From a bacterium (lineage in GTDB: Bacteria; SAR324; NAC60-12), in the NCBI GenBank assembly GCA_965205865.1, contig CBDBHR010000027.1, forward strand, positions 160,001 to 224,000: 64,000 nucleotides of DNA, given 5' to 3'. The translations under genes and the position numbers were made by a program. Within the stretch, counting starts at the first letter, position 1. Each line of letters starts with the position of its first letter. Shown here piece after piece: positions 12,038 to 23,774 of this stretch. The notes under the pieces were generated by a model, which did no database searches, was not told where the DNA came from, and worked only from the letters and a program-made list of their open reading frames with translations.

Positions 12038-12276
12038 TTCCTTAAGAATCAAAGAATCATACCCAACTCTCGGAACAGTGGCAAGTTCTCTACAGTCAGG
12101 AAAGAATCCGCAAAATTTTAATTTGACTTTTTCTTCATTACCTGCTTACCTATTAATGTACGTTTAATCCAATATATAAATTCAAGGACAGCAATATTGA
12201 AAAGTTGACGGACACGGAACGAATGTATGTCCAATTATTTTGTCTCGAACTCAGTTTGATCTGAAAATAAGGAGAA

Positions 12277-12738
12277 ATGAGAAGAATTGCGCAAAAAGGG
12301 CTCTTGCTTCTGGTAATCCTGACCCTGATACATCCGAGTGGAATGCTTTCAGGAAAAGCATTCGAGGTCAAGGGGCGAATGGTCACCAAGCAAGATGAAG
12401 CTGCGATTCGGAAAGTCATTCGACAACAAATCGAGGCTTTCCAGCAGGATGATGAAGAAGCTGCCTTCGCGCTCGCTTCTCCCGGGATTCGAGCAAAATT
12501 TCGAACGGCAAAAATATTCATGAAAATGGTACGGGAAGGATACCCGCCGGTTTACCGTCCCCGGACAATGGATTTTTTGAGTTTAGAAATCATGCAAGGC
12601 AGTCCCGTGCAAATATTGCGGATCAGCGGATCAGATGGTGGGGTTTATAAAGCATTTTATCCCATGGAATTGCAACCGGATCTAACCTGGAAGACAAATG
12701 GATGTTTTCTGCTCCGTACTAAAGAGACCGACATTTGA
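12277..12738 (+). CDS. DUF4864-like exported protein
   Basis: Signal peptide; IRQQIEAFQQDDEEAAFALASPGIRAKF...FMKMVREGYPPVYRP pattern; RBS AAGGAG. Confidence 0.75.
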   Translation: MRRIAQKGLLLLVILTLIHPSGMLSGKAFEVKGRMVTKQDEAAIRKVIRQQIEAFQQDDEEAAFALASPGIRAKFRTAKIFMKMVREGYPPVYRPRTMDFLSLEIMQGSPVQILRISGSDGGVYKAFYPMELQPDLTWKTNGCFLLRTKETDI

Positions 12739-12816
12739 AAACGTGAGAAGAAATCAGGAAAAAGAATCTTTCATTTTTCACGGTTTCCTGCTCCATGACT
12801 ATGGAACCGCCTAAAG

Positions 12817-14310
12817 CTACTCTGGCCTCATTGTTGGAAATAGAATGACGTCTCGGATGTTGGTTTGGTTGGTCAACAGCATCACCATGCGGTCAATTCC
12901 CATACCGATCCCTCCCATGGGAGGCATTCCGTATTCCATTGCTCGAATATAGTCGTCATCAAATGGATGAGTATCCGCTTCTCCGCCTCGTCCACGTTTC
13001 GCCTGTTCTTCCAGCAATTCCCGCTGACGGATCGGGTCATTGAGTTCTGAGTAAGCATTGGCCACTTCCCATCCATTGATGAAGGCTTCGAATCGTTCCA
13101 CCAGAGTCGGGTCTTTTCGATGCATTTTACATAACGGGCTGCTTTCCACAGGGTAATTGAGAACAAAAGTGGGTTGAATGAGTAAATGCTCACAAGTTTC
13201 TTCAAAGATGCGTTCCAGAGCCCGACCACGAGTAAAACCGCCTTCCAAAATCCATTCTTTATCCCGAAATAGATTTTGCAATTGCGAGTCTTTGAGCCGA
13301 GAAAAAGGAATACCGCCAATTTTTTCCACAGCTTCCACCATTGTTACACGTGTCCAGGGTGCCTTGACATCGATAATGGTGCCTTGAAATTCAATTCGAG
13401 TGGTACCAAAAAGTGCCAGTGCGCATTTTTCCCAGATTCGTTCATTGTGTTGCATCATATTCGTGTAGTCCGCATACGCCTGATAAAATTCCAAGGCGAG
13501 AAATTCCGGGTTATGCGTCCGGTCAATTCCTTCGTTGCGAAAATTTTTGCCAAATTCAAAGACACGATCAAAGCCGCCGGCAACCAATCGTTTGAGATAA
13601 AGTTCGTCAGAAATCCTCAGAAAAAAATCGATACCCAAAGATTTATGGTAGGTTTGAAAAGGCGTGGCATTTGCTCCTCCGTAAATCTCTTGCAGGATGG
13701 GTGTTTCCACTTCCAGAAAATGCGAATCAATCAAATACTGCCGAATCGTTTGAAGGATCAGAGTCCGACTCTGAAAAACAGTGGCCACCTCTTCATTGAG
13801 TACCAAATCTACATATCGTTGGCGATAACGAAACTCTTTGTTCGAAACTTCATCAAAGCGACGTTTTTCACCCTCGATTTCCTTCTCTTTGATAACAGGA
13901 AGTGGGCGTAGAGATTTTGCCAGTAATTGGAAAGTCTGAACTCTCAAAGTCAACTCACCGGTTTGGGTATGCATAAGGAAACCCGTCAATCCAATATAAT
14001 CCCCAATGTCACATAAACGGACTACTTGATATACCCCATCGCCCACTTCGTCTTTTCTTACATATATTTGCAGGCGTTCGTGTTGTCCTTGAATATGCGC
14101 GAAAAGGGTTTTTCCTTTTCCCCGAATGGCCATCAATCTTCCTGCAATGCGAATTTGCCGCTGTTTTTCCAGTAGCAAGGTTGCCTGTTCTTTCACTTGA
14201 GGAATCGTATGGGACCATTCGAAAGAATAAGGATACGGATCCACTCCCAAATTTTTGATTTTATTCAATTTTTCATGTCTGATTTGTACTTGGGTATGGA
14301 TTTCAGTCAT
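12817..14310 (-). CDS. lysS: Lysine--tRNA ligase (class II)
   Basis: [38 protein letters not shown]; likely start ATG 14310 (MTEIHTQ). Confidence 0.97.
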   Translation of the reverse strand: MTEIHTQVQIRHEKLNKIKNLGVDPYPYSFEWSHTIPQVKEQATLLLEKQRQIRIAGRLMAIRGKGKTLFAHIQGQHERLQIYVRKDEVGDGVYQVVRLCDIGDYIGLTGFLMHTQTGELTLRVQTFQLLAKSLRPLPVIKEKEIEGEKRRFDEVSNKEFRYRQRYVDLVLNEEVATVFQSRTLILQTIRQYLIDSHFLEVETPILQEIYGGANATPFQTYHKSLGIDFFLRISDELYLKRLVAGGFDRVFEFGKNFRNEGIDRTHNPEFLALEFYQAYADYTNMMQHNERIWEKCALALFGTTRIEFQGTIIDVKAPWTRVTMVEAVEKIGGIPFSRLKDSQLQNLFRDKEWILEGGFTRGRALERIFEETCEHLLIQPTFVLNYPVESSPLCKMHRKDPTLVERFEAFINGWEVANAYSELNDPIRQRELLEEQAKRGRGGEADTHPFDDDYIRAMEYGMPPMGGIGMGIDRMVMLLTNQTNIRDVILFPTMRPE

Positions 14311-15065
14311 AAATCGCTTTCTCGAAAAACAGGTTAAATACCAATGCGCAATTGAAATGTACTTGCTATGATTGGGTCTGATAGTATTTACATGGACCGC
14401 TCCATAGAGACAATCCAAAATTGTTAATTGGGGGAAAATTTGGCACGAAATCTACAGATGGGTGTTTGGAATGAAATCATAATCTCGTTTTCGTGCGTTT
14501 TCAGGCTCACCGTTTCAAAAAGAATCGTACAGAATCTTAAACGCAATCAACCTTCGGGGGCGCAATTGAACTAAAGAGACAAATGAAGTGCGCTACTTCG
14601 AATTGTATCATTCTCATTCCCCGGTAAAACAGACAGAAACTAGTGATTTCCCGGAGTGGGGGGTTGCAGTTTCCCGCTCACTCCACAGGCCACGGACAAC
14701 CAGGACCATCTATGGCATTTTAGCATACGCTCCTATTATCAGCGTCAAAATGAAAAAGATCAGGTATTTCGTGATTTCAAGCTGATTTTACCTTATACTA
14801 CAGCCAACGAAATCAAAGGTATTTTGCATCACCCTCTCAAAGTCAAATAGTGTCAAAAAATCTCTGTATGCAACTATGGGATCAGTTTCTCAGTCTGGTC
14901 GTTTGGAAGGAACCGGTATATATTGGACAACAAGCTTTAATTCAGCTACCTCGTCTTTCTCCGAGCTTGTACGAATTGCGCTTGTCTCGTGATTGCAAAG
15001 AGGTATCTGATTTTTTGGGACCCTTCAAAAATAGAAAAAAGTAATTTTCAGTTTGCCGCCTTTGT

Positions 15066-15135
15066 TGTCATTCCTGCGCAGGCAGGAATCCAGTGGTAGT
15101 CACGAAGATGGATTCCCGCCTTCGCGAGGATGACA
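15066..15135. repeat. REP-like palindromic element, minimal copy
   Basis: TGTCATTCCTGCGCAGGCAGGAATCCA...TGGATTCCCGCCTTCGCGAGGATGACA, an imperfect inverted repeat. Confidence 0.8.
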
Positions 15136-15375
15136 GAGGAACTGTAAACTGGAAAATGAAAGGTGCCGATTTTTTAATAAAATTGACGGTTGTTGATGAA
15201 TGGCTGGAGCTTCGCAGCAACAATCCCAAGACAGTTCGGTTGCAGCGATTGAAAAATTCAACTGGAGGACAACTGATTGAAATTACTAATTGAAACAAGT
15301 GGCAGGTATGCGAAAAAGGTCTTGTCTCCCTTACAATCAAATCTATTCAATAACTGATCCGCGTTTGGAGGTTCA

Positions 15376-16470
15376 ATGACCGAAGGGATGCTTATCTTGA
15401 GCAACGGCCAATTCTTCAAAGGTCGTATGCGTGGGGCGGTCGGTCCAGCAGAGGGGGAAGTGATATTTCATACCGGTATGACCGGATATCAGGAAATTCT
15501 GACCGATCCTTCTTATGCCGGACAAATCGTGACAATGACATATCCCCATATTGGCAATTACGGAGTCAATCCAGTGGATATGGAATCAAGGAAAATTTTT
15601 GCCAGAGGATTGATTGTCAAAGAATTGAGTGAAGTGACCAGCAATTGGCGGGCAGATCAAAGTTTGGAAGAATGGCTCACATCCTTCAACATTCCTGTCC
15701 TCGAACGAATCGATACACGAGCTCTGGTGAAAACTATCCGGGAAAAAGGTGCCTGCCCGGGGATAATTACTTCAGTGAAAGGGCAATCCGACAATCTGGC
15801 GCACTTCCGGCAAGTTGCAATGATGCTGCCGGTTATGGAGGGCCAGAACCTTGTAAAAACCGTTTCCACCCTGGAACAATATACTTGGAAAAGCAAGGAG
15901 GGACCGCCCCTTTATCGGGTAGTTGCCTACGATGCGGGGATCAAGTTCAACATTTTGCGCTCAATGGCTCGCTTGGGCATCGAAGTGACCGTTGTACCTT
16001 ATGCCACACCTATGGAAAAGGCCCTGGAGTTTGAACCCGATGGCATCTTTCTTTCCAACGGCCCTGGCGACCCGGCTGCCGTTCACGAAAGCATTGCTAC
16101 CGTGAAACAACTATTGGGACGGGTTCCTATTTTTGGGATCTGTCTGGGACATCAAATCCTTTCCCTCGCCTTGGGTTGTCGAACCTATAAACTGAAATTC
16201 GGACACCATGGCGCCAATCATCCCGTCATCGACTATGCGACGGAAAAAGTAGAGATCACTAGCCAAAATCATGGCTTTGCCGTGGAGGAATCCTCCCTGC
16301 CTGCCAATGTCCGAGTGACCCATCGCAATCTGAATGACCAAACCGTGGAAGGGATTGAATCCCTCGAACATCCGGCTTATGCAGTTCAATATCACCCGGA
16401 AGCTGCACCAGGACCGCATGATGCCGCCTATTTGTTTAACCGTTTTGTTGAGATGATGAACGCCTGCTGA
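15376..16470 (+). CDS. carA: Carbamoyl-phosphate synthase small subunit
   Basis: [39 protein letters not shown]. Confidence 0.97.
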   Translation: MTEGMLILSNGQFFKGRMRGAVGPAEGEVIFHTGMTGYQEILTDPSYAGQIVTMTYPHIGNYGVNPVDMESRKIFARGLIVKELSEVTSNWRADQSLEEWLTSFNIPVLERIDTRALVKTIREKGACPGIITSVKGQSDNLAHFRQVAMMLPVMEGQNLVKTVSTLEQYTWKSKEGPPLYRVVAYDAGIKFNILRSMARLGIEVTVVPYATPMEKALEFEPDGIFLSNGPGDPAAVHESIATVKQLLGRVPIFGICLGHQILSLALGCRTYKLKFGHHGANHPVIDYATEKVEITSQNHGFAVEESSLPANVRVTHRNLNDQTVEGIESLEHPAYAVQYHPEAAPGPHDAAYLFNRFVEMMNAC

Positions 16471-16507
16471 CGCCGATTCGATTAATCGCAAACAGAAGGA
16501 AAAACGA

Positions 16508-17275
16508 ATGTGGTTGAAAAAGAAAGACAAGATCATTTTTGAGACCAAATCCATGGGAATGCAAATCCAGGTTATCGACAGAATGGAACGTCGCGAATTA
16601 AAATTCGGGAATCACGTCGTTCAAAGCGCTTTCTCCAAGACGAATCCGGATTTTTTATTGCTCTCATACACCCAATACATGACACTGGGGTTAGTCTTAT
16701 GCGCATCACCCGAAATGTTCCTCCATATTGGTCTGGGAGCAGGAAATATTCCACGTTTCATTCACAAACACTACCCTTGGGTTTATCAGGAAGTCATTGA
16801 ACTCAACCCCGAAGTGATTTCAGTTGCATATCGCTATTTCAACTTACCACAGAATGAGCGTATCCGCGTACTCCTAGGTGACGGTTTTGGCATAATGGCA
16901 TCTTGCAAAAAGAAATATGATTTAATTTTTTTGGATGCCTTCCAAGCTGACGGGACACCTTCCCATTTGAATACGATAGAATTTTTCAGGCGCCTATCTC
17001 GCAATCTCAAACCAGGCGGCTGGGTGGTGGGTAACCTTTGGACTTCACAAGAAAAGTTCTCTGATAAAATCAAAAAATGGCAGGAAGTATTTGAAGTCGT
17101 GTGGGAGGCTCCTGTTCCCATTATGGGAAATGTGATTTTATTTGGCGCAAACCAGAAACATCCCTTTGATCAAGCCATGTTGCAAAAGAAAGCACAGGTA
17201 ATTCAACAGCAAATTCCACTGAAATTCTTCGATTTTTTAAAAAATTTGGTGCCCGTTCAACCTTCTGAGGCTTAA
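16508..17275 (+). CDS. Spermidine synthase-like SAM-dependent transferase
   Basis: LHIGLGAG, IELNPEV, YDLIFLDAF, LKPGG. Confidence 0.8.
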   Translation: MWLKKKDKIIFETKSMGMQIQVIDRMERRELKFGNHVVQSAFSKTNPDFLLLSYTQYMTLGLVLCASPEMFLHIGLGAGNIPRFIHKHYPWVYQEVIELNPEVISVAYRYFNLPQNERIRVLLGDGFGIMASCKKKYDLIFLDAFQADGTPSHLNTIEFFRRLSRNLKPGGWVVGNLWTSQEKFSDKIKKWQEVFEVVWEAPVPIMGNVILFGANQKHPFDQAMLQKKAQVIQQQIPLKFFDFLKNLVPVQPSEA

Positions 17276-17292
17276 AATGAATTAATGAACTT

Positions 17293-18810
17293 TCATTCGG
17301 TAAGTGTCGAATCCGCTTCGATCACAGGTGGCATGATTTTAATCGAATTGCTGTAAATTGGGCTCACGCAGTCGGGAAGATTAAAAGAAAAACGGACTCC
17401 TGCTTTTTGAGGCAGATTTTCCGCAGTAATCCGTCCTCCATGGGCTTCAATAATTTTTTTGCAGATGGTAAGCCCCAACCCCGTTCCCTCCGCTTTACCC
17501 TCCGTATGAAAAGGACGAAAAAGATTACTGAGAATGGAGTCGGGTATGGGAAACCCGTTGTCTGTCACCGCGATGGTAATACCTGACTGTTCATCCGGGA
17601 TAAATTCTACTAAAATCCTGCCCTTTTCTTCCTCGAGCTTCTCCCAGGCATTTTTGACCAAATTGACAATGACGCGGATGATTTTATTGTCGTCGATCTT
17701 TAAGTTCAATTCCGCATCTCCAGGGTATTTATACTGGATGGGAAGATCTGTGATAAATCCCAAATTCACCTCTAGTTGAGCCACACAATCACGGAGGCGG
17801 TGCTGGCCAATCCGCAACTCCGTTTTTCCTTTAGCAAATTCCAAGATATCGCTGGTCAGCCCACTGACAGTCGTCGAAGCAATTTTTATTCGGCGTATAA
17901 ACATCAAGCAACGAGTCAGGTCCATGGCATTGACGGATTTTTTCTCCAAAGTTTTCAAGAGTAGTCCGACAAAAGAAGTAACCGCCCCGTTGGCATTGCC
18001 TATGTCGTGTCCGAATTCGGCCAGTGCATGACCCAGTTCCACCAATCGTCTTTCCTGCTCCTTGGCCCTTTCCAATGCTTCTATGGTTTTTTCTTTTTCA
18101 GTTTCAGATTGTTTGAGGGCCTCCACTTTGTCAGCCAACTGCTCCTGAATTGAAAAAAAACGGCTCCAAAGATCTTCCAGAATTTCTATCCTCCGTTCCA
18201 GGGGGCTCTGTTTCAAACGAATACGGGGCAAATTGATGTCGGTAGTCTCCTGTTCACGCCGATATTTGGTGAATTGCTGACACAATCGGTCGATGGGGTT
18301 GACCAGCACCCGAGCTTTGTTCCAGATCACCAAACCCAGGATCAGAAATGTTGCTGCCAAACTGAAAAGCGTTTGAAACAATAGAAGACCGAAGGGATGC
18401 TCCAGAAGAATCAGCGGACGGGTGGCAACAATAATTCCTTTGACCTGGTGTTTACCCACTGGAATGGCTAGTGAAAATTGGAAATTTTCAAGCTGATCGA
18501 AGAATATATTATTGGGTTCAGGTTCCATGTTACCGGTTTTGTACTGCTTGATACTCCAATCACGGTAAAGTAACTGAAACTCTCCAAATTGCCCGCCATC
18601 AAGTAATTCCTGGATAATCCGGCTTTTTTCCGGTTCATTCTTTTCCAGCAAATCACTGATCGTCCGGGACAACTCATTGAGCTGATTTAATGTCTCAACA
18701 GGTATGACACGCTTTGTTGAAGGGCGCTCGAATAGCAAAAAAGAGAGACCAAATACGCCCAAAAAACACAAGCCCGCCATCAATATAAAAGATGATTTTT
18801 TCAACACCAT
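17293..18810 (-). CDS. Membrane sensor histidine kinase (no adjacent response regulator)
   Basis: Two TM segments; H-box FGHDIGN; N-box NLVKNA; DNG; GTGLGL. Confidence 0.9.
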   Translation of the reverse strand: MVLKKSSFILMAGLCFLGVFGLSFLLFERPSTKRVIPVETLNQLNELSRTISDLLEKNEPEKSRIIQELLDGGQFGEFQLLYRDWSIKQYKTGNMEPEPNNIFFDQLENFQFSLAIPVGKHQVKGIIVATRPLILLEHPFGLLLFQTLFSLAATFLILGLVIWNKARVLVNPIDRLCQQFTKYRREQETTDINLPRIRLKQSPLERRIEILEDLWSRFFSIQEQLADKVEALKQSETEKEKTIEALERAKEQERRLVELGHALAEFGHDIGNANGAVTSFVGLLLKTLEKKSVNAMDLTRCLMFIRRIKIASTTVSGLTSDILEFAKGKTELRIGQHRLRDCVAQLEVNLGFITDLPIQYKYPGDAELNLKIDDNKIIRVIVNLVKNAWEKLEEEKGRILVEFIPDEQSGITIAVTDNGFPIPDSILSNLFRPFHTEGKAEGTGLGLTICKKIIEAHGGRITAENLPQKAGVRFSFNLPDCVSPIYSNSIKIMPPVIEADSTLTE

Positions 18811-19030
18811 TTTCGACCTCCATGACGAAAATTTCGTTGTCTCCCCATGCTTCTATCTTGAATGTTGAAATTATTCAAGTTTTCCTGAAAAAAAATATGA
18901 ATATTGTTCATATCGGCATATGCGCATTTAGTGATTTATTCTTGAATTTTCTTTGATTTTCTGATTTATTGTTGGAAACAAAACATATTTTTATAAACTA
19001 TGAAAAATTAAAAGAAAGAAAAAGGAAATC

Positions 19031-20329
19031 ATGGGAGATTACAAAGTTGCAGATATCTCTTTAGCGGATTGGGGACGGAAGGAAATCACAATAGCAGAAA
19101 ATGAGATGCCGGGGTTGATGGAATTGCGCAGGGAATATGGAGAATCACAACCCCTGGCAGGAGCGTACATCACGGGATCATTGCATATGACGATTCAAAC
19201 TGCCGTTTTGATTGAGACACTGCTAGCGTTGGGTGCAAAGGTACGCTGGTCATCCTGTAATATATTTTCGACACAAGACCATGCTGCCGCTGCTATGGCG
19301 GCGCGGGGCGTTCCTGTTTTTGCTTGGAAAGGAGAAACGGAGGAGGAGTATTGGTGGTGCATCGACCGGACATTGCAATGGTCGGATGGCAAAGGACCCA
19401 ACATGCTCTTGGATGATGGTGGAGATTTGACCGGAGTGGTCCATCATAAATTTCCCGAACTGATCCCGGTTATCCGTGGTCTGTCTGAAGAAACCACCAC
19501 TGGTGTTCATCGCCTCTACCAAATGGCGCAGCGGAATGAATTGAAAATGCCGGCGTTCAACGTCAATGATTCGGTAACAAAAAGCAAATTCGACAATTTA
19601 TATGGCTGCCGAGAATCCCTGGTCGATGGGATCCGGCGGGCAACAGACGTGATGATTTCCGGAAAAGTTGCAGTCGTTGCTGGTTACGGAGACGTGGGCA
19701 AAGGTTGTGCCCAATCCTTGAGAGGATCGGGAGCAAGAGTATTGGTGACTGAAATCGATCCGATCTGCGCTTTACAAGCTGCTATGGAAGGATTTGAAGT
19801 AGTACGCATGGCCGAAGCCGCGGCTAGAGGAGATATATTTGTCACGGCAACCGGTTGTGCCCAGGTGATCCGTAAAGAACATTTAAATGCGATGAAACAT
19901 CAAGCCATTGTCTGCAATATTGGACATTTCGACGTTGAAATTGCTGTCGATTCTTTAAAGGAAGATTCAAATCTGATTCAAAAGGAAAATATCAAACCCC
20001 AGGTGGATCAATATATCTGGCCTGACGGCAAACGAATCACGCTATTGGCGGAAGGACGACTCGTCAATCTGGGATGCGCGACCGGACATCCCAGCTTTGT
20101 CATGTCTGCTAGTTTTACCAATCAGGTGATGGCCCAAATTGAGCTTTGGAAAAACCATGAAAACTATGACAATCAAGTTTATGTGCTTCCTAAAATCCTG
20201 GACGAAAAGGTAGCCCGCCTGCATTTGGCGAAGCTTGGAGCAAAGCTGGAAACCTTGACGGGTGAACAAGCATCATACTTGAAAGTTCCCAAGGAAGGGC
20301 CATACAAACCAGATTATTACAGATATTGA
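19031..20329 (+). CDS. ahcY: Adenosylhomocysteinase
   Basis: [39 protein letters not shown]. Confidence 0.98.
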   Translation: MGDYKVADISLADWGRKEITIAENEMPGLMELRREYGESQPLAGAYITGSLHMTIQTAVLIETLLALGAKVRWSSCNIFSTQDHAAAAMAARGVPVFAWKGETEEEYWWCIDRTLQWSDGKGPNMLLDDGGDLTGVVHHKFPELIPVIRGLSEETTTGVHRLYQMAQRNELKMPAFNVNDSVTKSKFDNLYGCRESLVDGIRRATDVMISGKVAVVAGYGDVGKGCAQSLRGSGARVLVTEIDPICALQAAMEGFEVVRMAEAAARGDIFVTATGCAQVIRKEHLNAMKHQAIVCNIGHFDVEIAVDSLKEDSNLIQKENIKPQVDQYIWPDGKRITLLAEGRLVNLGCATGHPSFVMSASFTNQVMAQIELWKNHENYDNQVYVLPKILDEKVARLHLAKLGAKLETLTGEQASYLKVPKEGPYKPDYYRY

Positions 20330-20358
20330 CAGGACGATTGAAAAGTTGGTATAAGAAA

Positions 20359-20940
20359 ATGCTTTCAAAGGAATCGATGAAACTTACCATTCGGCAGACC
20401 ATGTTGCGGCGCCGCGTTCGATTTCCTGCCCGTGAATGGAAACAATGCTCTCAACAGATTCAAACTCATCTCTGGCAATGGCCGGTTTTTAAAAACGCCC
20501 GGATTGTTCACATTTATGTTAATATACCCCAAGAAGTAGAAACAAGGTCCATTATCCGCCATTGTTGGCAATCCGGAAAAACCGTCATCGTACCTTATCT
20601 TGTCCCCCAGTCTCCCGTCCTCGGGCATTCGGTTTTGTCCAGTTTTGACCAGCTCACCTCCGGAACATTTGACTTGCGGGAACCTCTCCCGGAGTCTCGA
20701 GTATCAGTTGATTTGGGAATTATCGATCTGGTCATCGTACCAGGGGTGGCCTTTGATAGAAAGGGAGGCAGGTTGGGTCATGGAGGAGGATATTACGACC
20801 TTTTTTTAAGTAGAATCGACGCAATCATGTTGGGGATCTGTTTCTCCTTCCAGATCGTAAGCGAACTCCCTCAAGCCTGTCATGATATTCCGATGCACGC
20901 GATATTGACCGAGGAAGGATTTGCTGTTCATCGAGCCTAG
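20359..20940 (+). CDS. 5-formyltetrahydrofolate cyclo-ligase
   Basis: VPGVAFDRKGGRLGHGGGYYD motif; start at 20359 or 20326. Confidence 0.93.
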   Translation: MLSKESMKLTIRQTMLRRRVRFPAREWKQCSQQIQTHLWQWPVFKNARIVHIYVNIPQEVETRSIIRHCWQSGKTVIVPYLVPQSPVLGHSVLSSFDQLTSGTFDLREPLPESRVSVDLGIIDLVIVPGVAFDRKGGRLGHGGGYYDLFLSRIDAIMLGICFSFQIVSELPQACHDIPMHAILTEEGFAVHRA

Positions 20941-21968
20941 AAGGCGGCCAGTTTGTTTTCTAATTCTTGGAGCAAATTGAGATTATCTTCCACTTCTTTG
21001 GCAATCATGTCGTTCAGTTCCAAATCGATACACTGCTGGGCTTGTTTGATGGCACTGCGGATGGTTCCAGCCTCAGAATCACCATGACAAACAATTACGG
21101 TACCTCGGATTCCCAACAACGGTGCGCCACCGAATTTTTTGTAATCCACGCGCTCCTTCAACGCCTGTAAAGAACGCCTCATTCCAGGATAGCTTAATTT
21201 TGCTAAAAAGGATTGGGAGACCTCTTCCCGAAGGATTGCTTGGATGAAATCCGCTGCTCCTTCTGCCACCTTGAGGGTCACGTTTCCCACAAAGCCATCG
21301 CATACTATGACATCCGCTTTCCCTTGAAACATGTCTTTGCCTTCTATATTGCCTCTAAAATTGAGCGTACTTTTCTTGAGCAACGAATATGCCTCTTTGA
21401 CTAAGGCGTTCCCCTTTCCTTCTTCCTCACCATTGTTTAAAAGGGCGATTTGAGGGAACTTGTGATCAAAAAGGAATCGAGCATACGCATCTCCCATCAG
21501 GGCAAATTGGAGCAGATACACTGGTTTACAATCTGTATTTGCCCCCATGTCCAGTATGATGAATGGATCTTTAATAGAAGGCATAACTACCGCAAAGGCT
21601 GGACGGGTAATATGTTTGATCGCTTTTAAAACGAATTTGGCCGTTGCCATGGTAACCCCGGAATGACCAGCAGAAACAACGGCATCCACCTCTTTGTTCT
21701 TATGCAGATCCAGAGCGACACGGATTGAAGAATCTTTTTTCTGTCGAAGCACAAGTGCTGGAGATTCCTCCATCTCCACCGTTTCCGAACAATTCACAAT
21801 TTGAAGTTTGCGATGATCGTAATGGTGTTTTTTCAGTTCAGCTTCCAGTTCCGGTTGTTTGCCAACCAAGATTACTTCAATGCCATATTCATTGAGTGCA
21901 GCAACGGCTCCTGCAATTGGAACGGCAGCTGTGTAGTCACTTCCCATTGCATCTATCGCAATTGCCAT
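20937..21968 (-). CDS. plsX: Phosphate acyltransferase PlsX
   Basis: IAIDAMGSD, LDMGAN, VCDGFVGN; in yceD-rpmF-plsX order. Confidence 0.96.
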   Translation of the reverse strand: MAIAIDAMGSDYTAAVPIAGAVAALNEYGIEVILVGKQPELEAELKKHHYDHRKLQIVNCSETVEMEESPALVLRQKKDSSIRVALDLHKNKEVDAVVSAGHSGVTMATAKFVLKAIKHITRPAFAVVMPSIKDPFIILDMGANTDCKPVYLLQFALMGDAYARFLFDHKFPQIALLNNGEEEGKGNALVKEAYSLLKKSTLNFRGNIEGKDMFQGKADVIVCDGFVGNVTLKVAEGAADFIQAILREEVSQSFLAKLSYPGMRRSLQALKERVDYKKFGGAPLLGIRGTVIVCHGDSEAGTIRSAIKQAQQCIDLELNDMIAKEVEDNLNLLQELENKLAAF

Positions 21969-22012
21969 GACTCTCCTTAATCGCCTTCGTGAATTGAGTA
22001 GCTCTGCAAAAA

Positions 22013-22195
22013 CTAGTTGCTTTCAGTTTCTAAAACAGCGATTCCTTTATAATATCCGCAATGTGGACAAACTCGATGAGGAAGGATCAATGCGCGACAA
22101 TTGGTGCAGACACTCAATCCGGGTTCACGCAGTTTGATATGCGCCCTTCTTGAATTTCGTTTCCATCGCGACGTTCTGCGCTTGGGTACGGCCAT
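22013..22195 (-). CDS. rpmF: 50S ribosomal protein L32
   Basis: MAVPKRRTS...CTNC...HRVCPHCGYY. Confidence 0.97.
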   Translation of the reverse strand: MAVPKRRTSRWKRNSRRAHIKLREPGLSVCTNCRALILPHRVCPHCGYYKGIAVLETESN

Positions 22196-22276
22196 GATTT
22201 ACTCCAAAGGTGATGAATTATGTTAAGAATCCAGTTCTGAAATTGGCTCCATGCCGATAGGACCAACGTTTATCGG

Positions 22277-22801
22277 TCACTGGATTAAACAGGAAAAAGG
22301 ATGATGAGCATTGTCCGGTGGGTGACAAACGCATGTCTGAGTATTGAGATTGTTGCCACATTGGGGACAGATACCCCGACAATCCTCCGAACAGACCCTT
22401 TTCATCGGAAGTCCCAATAAGATCTGCTCTTCCACAATTTTTTGTAAATCCAAGCATTCGCCTTGATAAATCCCCACATCCAGTTCTTCGCCGGATAACA
22501 TGACGTCCCCCGACAGCTCCTTGTCTGATTCGGCTGGGGACAGCGTCAACTCCAGGGTTTCATTTTGAAAATATCGATAGGATTCCAAACATCGATCACA
22601 ATTGAATATCATCTCTCCTTCGACTACCCCCTTGACAAAAAAGAATCTGTCTTGGCGCGAAATTTGGAGCCGAAATAGTGCTCCATGGGGCTGATTCCCA
22701 ATTGCAGTGAGAATATCTTCCATGTTCTCATAAGGAATCTTTCCTTGATATTTGAGAGATTTCCCTTCACCAATATCCCGAATGCGTACCTGTAAATCCA
22801 T
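22277..22801 (-). CDS. yceD: DUF177/YceD family protein
   Basis: CDRCL and CSEDCRGICPQCG motifs; upstream of rpmF. Confidence 0.92.
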   Translation of the reverse strand: MDLQVRIRDIGEGKSLKYQGKIPYENMEDILTAIGNQPHGALFRLQISRQDRFFFVKGVVEGEMIFNCDRCLESYRYFQNETLELTLSPAESDKELSGDVMLSGEELDVGIYQGECLDLQKIVEEQILLGLPMKRVCSEDCRGICPQCGNNLNTQTCVCHPPDNAHHPFSCLIQ

Positions 22802-22869
22802 TGGTCTCGTTCACCGGCTCTTTTCGTGGCAATTTAAGAATATCTCTAATGACGGAAACAACAGCTCCG

Positions 22870-23175
22870 TCAATAACCCAATTCCGCCCGTCTTTCGTCG
22901 GCAGTGGGCAAGGGATCTTTCTTTTCTGTAATTACAGGGTATTTCTCACACATTTCCGCATTGAGTTCCGTCCATTCTTCCCAATTTTGAGGAACATCCA
23001 CATCCGCAAAAATTGCTTCTACGGGACATTCTTCTACGCATGCGTTGCAGTCGATGCAAGTCTCCGGATTGATATAGAGCATTGTTGGCCCTTCGTGGAA
23101 GGCTTCTACCGGACATACTTCAACACAGTCCGTGTATTTACAATTGTTACAGTTATCAACTACCGTGTAGGTCAT
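22870..23175 (-). CDS. 7Fe-type ferredoxin (FdxA-like)
   Basis: CNNCKYTDCVEVCPV and CIDCNACVEECPV; RBS GGGAG 6 nt before ATG 23175. Confidence 0.93.
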   Translation of the reverse strand: MTYTVVDNCNNCKYTDCVEVCPVEAFHEGPTMLYINPETCIDCNACVEECPVEAIFADVDVPQNWEEWTELNAEMCEKYPVITEKKDPLPTADERRAELGY

Positions 23176-23376
23176 GCTCAACTCCCAACAGATATGAAGA
23201 ATTTTTCAGATGATAAGAATGTTCGTTGATGAGCGATCAATGGGATACGCCAAACCGAACGATTTGCAGGTTTCAATCGAGGTAATTTAGGGCAACTTCA
23301 ATAAAGATGCAATGCTTATTTAGATGGATGTGAACCGGGAATAAAGAAGATAACAAAGTAATTCACTGTTCGAACT

Positions 23377-23451
23377 TGGCTGGGGTGGCAGGGATCGAAC
23401 CTGCGTATGACGGGATCAAAACCCGCTGCCTTACCGCTTGGCGACACCCCA
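23377..23451 (-). tRNA. tRNA-Gln (anticodon TTG)
   Basis: Minus strand TGGGGTGTCGCCAAGCGGTAAGGCAGCGGGTTTTGATCCCGTCATACGCAGGTTCGATCCCTGCCACCCCAGCCA: cloverleaf, TTCGA T-loop, encoded CCA. Confidence 0.96.
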
Positions 23452-23774
23452 AAATGAGAAGACAGATTAGTGAAATTCCGAGTTTTTGTCAAGATTTACA
23501 GTGCTCTCGGCAATGCTAATTCTGAAATCTCGACAATCTTGGTTTAAAATTTAAAATTATTTATCATGAATTCATACAAGAAATCACATTCACATTGAAT
23601 TTGAAGGACTCCATCCAGTTTTTACCCACATTGGAGTTCCTTTTCCCTGAAAATTGATTCTTGCCGATAGATCCAAAATGTTCTCCCTCATAGAGCTTTG
23701 CTTGTGAAATAACAGCTTATATGAGATAAATTGCTGATGGAATACAAGATTGAAGAAAGACTCGCAACAAAACA

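Noticed and set aside
14441-15044. Weak sigma54-like TGGCACG site and abutting 64-aa ORFs between lysS and carA
   Set aside because: The -12 element is poor and the ORFs have no recognisable motifs; may be a decayed gene but cannot be supported.
18811-19030. Possible SAH or SAM riboswitch upstream of ahcY
   Set aside because: AT-rich leader with no recognisable riboswitch consensus or stable stems.
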